Assembly (NCBI GenBank): GCA_043739525.1
Contig: JAYUEB010000584.1
Location: forward strand, 1-32,425
Source of the DNA: Bdellovibrionales bacterium
GTDB taxonomy: Bacteria; Bdellovibrionota; Bdellovibrionia; Bdellovibrionales; JAMPXM01
DNA length: 32,425 nucleotides
Direction: 5' to 3'
Shown here: positions 31,269-32,425 of the stretch, in pieces
How the letters are laid out: each line of letters starts with the position of its first letter
How positions within the stretch are numbered: the first letter of the stretch is position 1
Translations under genes and position numbers: made by a program
Notes under the pieces: generated by a model
Databases searched by the model: none
Told to the model about the DNA's origin: nothing
What the model saw: the letters and a program-made list of their open reading frames with translations, nothing else

Positions 31269-32425
31269 CTAGGGCTTCGATCTGAACAGAGTTCTGAGAA
31301 CTCCAGACTTCGTCTCGTTAATACGAATCGGACCATCCGCCATTCGGAAGTTAAAATTGATCTGCAATTGAACTTCGATTTTCTTTCCAGGTTTAGTCGT
31401 CAATAGTCCAACTAATTCGGTTCTTCGAATTCCACTGCAATCTGCGATGATATAGAAATCTCCAGAACCGCGATATTCAGAGCCTGTATGATAGCATAAC
31501 CCACCATTCTCCCAAAGCATTGGGTTTTGATCAGGTGAAGAGTTGACCTTGATTCTAATGTCGTATTTTCCAACAGAGTCTGAAACTTCTAAGATCGCAA
31601 ATTGTTCTTTCGAATAATCAAACCTGATGTAACCCTCATAGATAAATCGAGCCTTGATTTTACCTTTTGGAAAACGGCCTACTAATTGTTGAAAAACTTT
31701 TTCTTGGGATTGTGTCGGCGCCGGAAAATTCCCTTGGACATCCTCGCCATTTCCTAAGTTTCCGATTTCATCAAATTTCATATTATCTGCATCAATCAGA
31801 AGTCTGCTATTAATTTTTGAATAAAAGGCTTCAAGATTTTCTAGCATGTGAGGATCAGGGTGTAGGCTTTCTTCTAATCCAAGGCGTGGATAGTCGATGT
31901 CGAAGGCCAGTGTCGGAGTCATGATTGTACCATCTGTGTGGTTTGCACCAAATACGTGACCGAGCTCGTGTAGAAGAATCGCCTTCAATTCATATCTGAG
32001 TGACCAATTTGGATGGCCTGTATGAACTGAGTTATCTGGTGAAAGATAAATAAATCCGCTTGTCCAGCTAGGATCATTTTCGATATTTGTTTGAACCGCC
32101 ATACCAACTGGCTGATTGTAATTTTTCTTAGCGTCTAAGATTTCTTGATTTTCAACTCCGAAATAAAAAGTGAGATCTGTTGAGTTCGAGCATGCTTCAT
32201 CTTTTTTATAATTAAGCGCAAGATGTGCCCGTTCTTCCCAAGTTCCTTTTGGTGGACCGTTTGTTACGAGATCACTCCATTTGCCGATGGCAAATTGGAT
32301 AGCTGATTCGATTTCTGATTGTGTCGCGCCAAAATTTTTACTTCGCTCGATACAGTAGTGCACCTCACGATCTTGATGTGAAAACCAAGCAAAAATTTGG
32401 TTTGGATAACTTGGAGAATAATCGC
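31269..32425 (-). CDS. metzincin zinc metalloprotease with a C-terminal beta-rich domain (5'-partial, runs off the window)
   Basis: 'LLHELGHVFGANHTDGTIMTP' gives HExxHxxGxxH plus a Met-turn. The reading frame stays open upstream of the listed GTG (32363) to the window edge (...DYSPSYPNQIFAWFSHQDRE-VHYC...), so the true start is probably outside the window. Confidence 0.75.
   Translation of the reverse strand, partial: DYSPSYPNQIFAWFSHQDREVHYCIERSKNFGATQSEIESAIQFAIGKWSDLVTNGPPKGTWEERAHLALNYKKDEACSNSTDLTFYFGVENQEILDAKKNYNQPVGMAVQTNIENDPSWTSGFIYLSPDNSVHTGHPNWSLRYELKAILLHELGHVFGANHTDGTIMTPTLAFDIDYPRLGLEESLHPDPHMLENLEAFYSKINSRLLIDADNMKFDEIGNLGNGEDVQGNFPAPTQSQEKVFQQLVGRFPKGKIKARFIYEGYIRFDYSKEQFAILEVSDSVGKYDIRIKVNSSPDQNPMLWENGGLCYHTGSEYRGSGDFYIIADCSGIRRTELVGLLTTKPGKKIEVQLQINFNFRMADGPIRINETKSGVLRTLFRSKP

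Noticed and set aside
1-32425. Mobile elements, defence systems, toxin-antitoxin pairs, tRNA/rRNA genes and CRISPR arrays
   Set aside because: I recognised no transposase, integrase, recombinase, nuclease/helicase/ATPase defence-type ORFs, long terminal inverted repeats, cloverleaf-like tRNA sequences or spacer-repeat arrays. This absence is judged by eye only.

Overview
AT-rich 32.4-kb bacterial chromosomal segment with about 31 tightly packed protein-coding genes. I could not recognise any rRNA, tRNA, CRISPR array, transposase, integrase or prophage signature. The organism may be Bdellovibrionota-like (predatory), but this rests on motif recall only. The clues are an FHA-GGDEF cyclase resembling Bdellovibrio DgcB, many exported proteins with an unusual Q-N-C lipobox, a DUF1501-like Tat protein and planctomycete-type CxxCH lipoproteins. 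Layout: (i) 151-13155 is an envelope/accessory block. It holds a three-gene lipoprotein / Tat DUF1501-like / CxxCH-lipoprotein cassette, a lipoprotein plus MBL hydrolase pair, an alpha/beta-hydrolase lipoprotein, and two tandem paralogous Ig-like + monohaem lipoproteins. It also holds a five-gene operon (SH3-like OMP, DUF3570-like barrel, TlpA thioredoxin, DUF4266-like small lipoprotein ending GGGCGCN, CxxCH lipoprotein) and a divergent OMP-like gene. (ii) 13312-24770 is mostly housekeeping: ihfB, gdh, pyrD, mutT, hldA, rlmN and a PfkB kinase. These are mixed with a cupredoxin-like secreted protein, an O-antigen-ligase-like protein and two glycosyltransferases. (iii) 25020-31186 is a c-di-GMP neighbourhood: a proline-rich coiled-coil protein, a pseudo-receiver GGDEF, a metallophosphoesterase, pgi and an FHA-GGDEF. 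It is followed by a 5'-truncated metzincin gene. The best candidates for an uncharacterised system are the DUF3570/DUF4266/TlpA/haem-lipoprotein operon (8579-11712), the family of four single-CxxCH lipoproteins, and the split DUF1501-like cassette (151-3413). All family assignments come from motifs read by eye and need HMM or BLAST confirmation.
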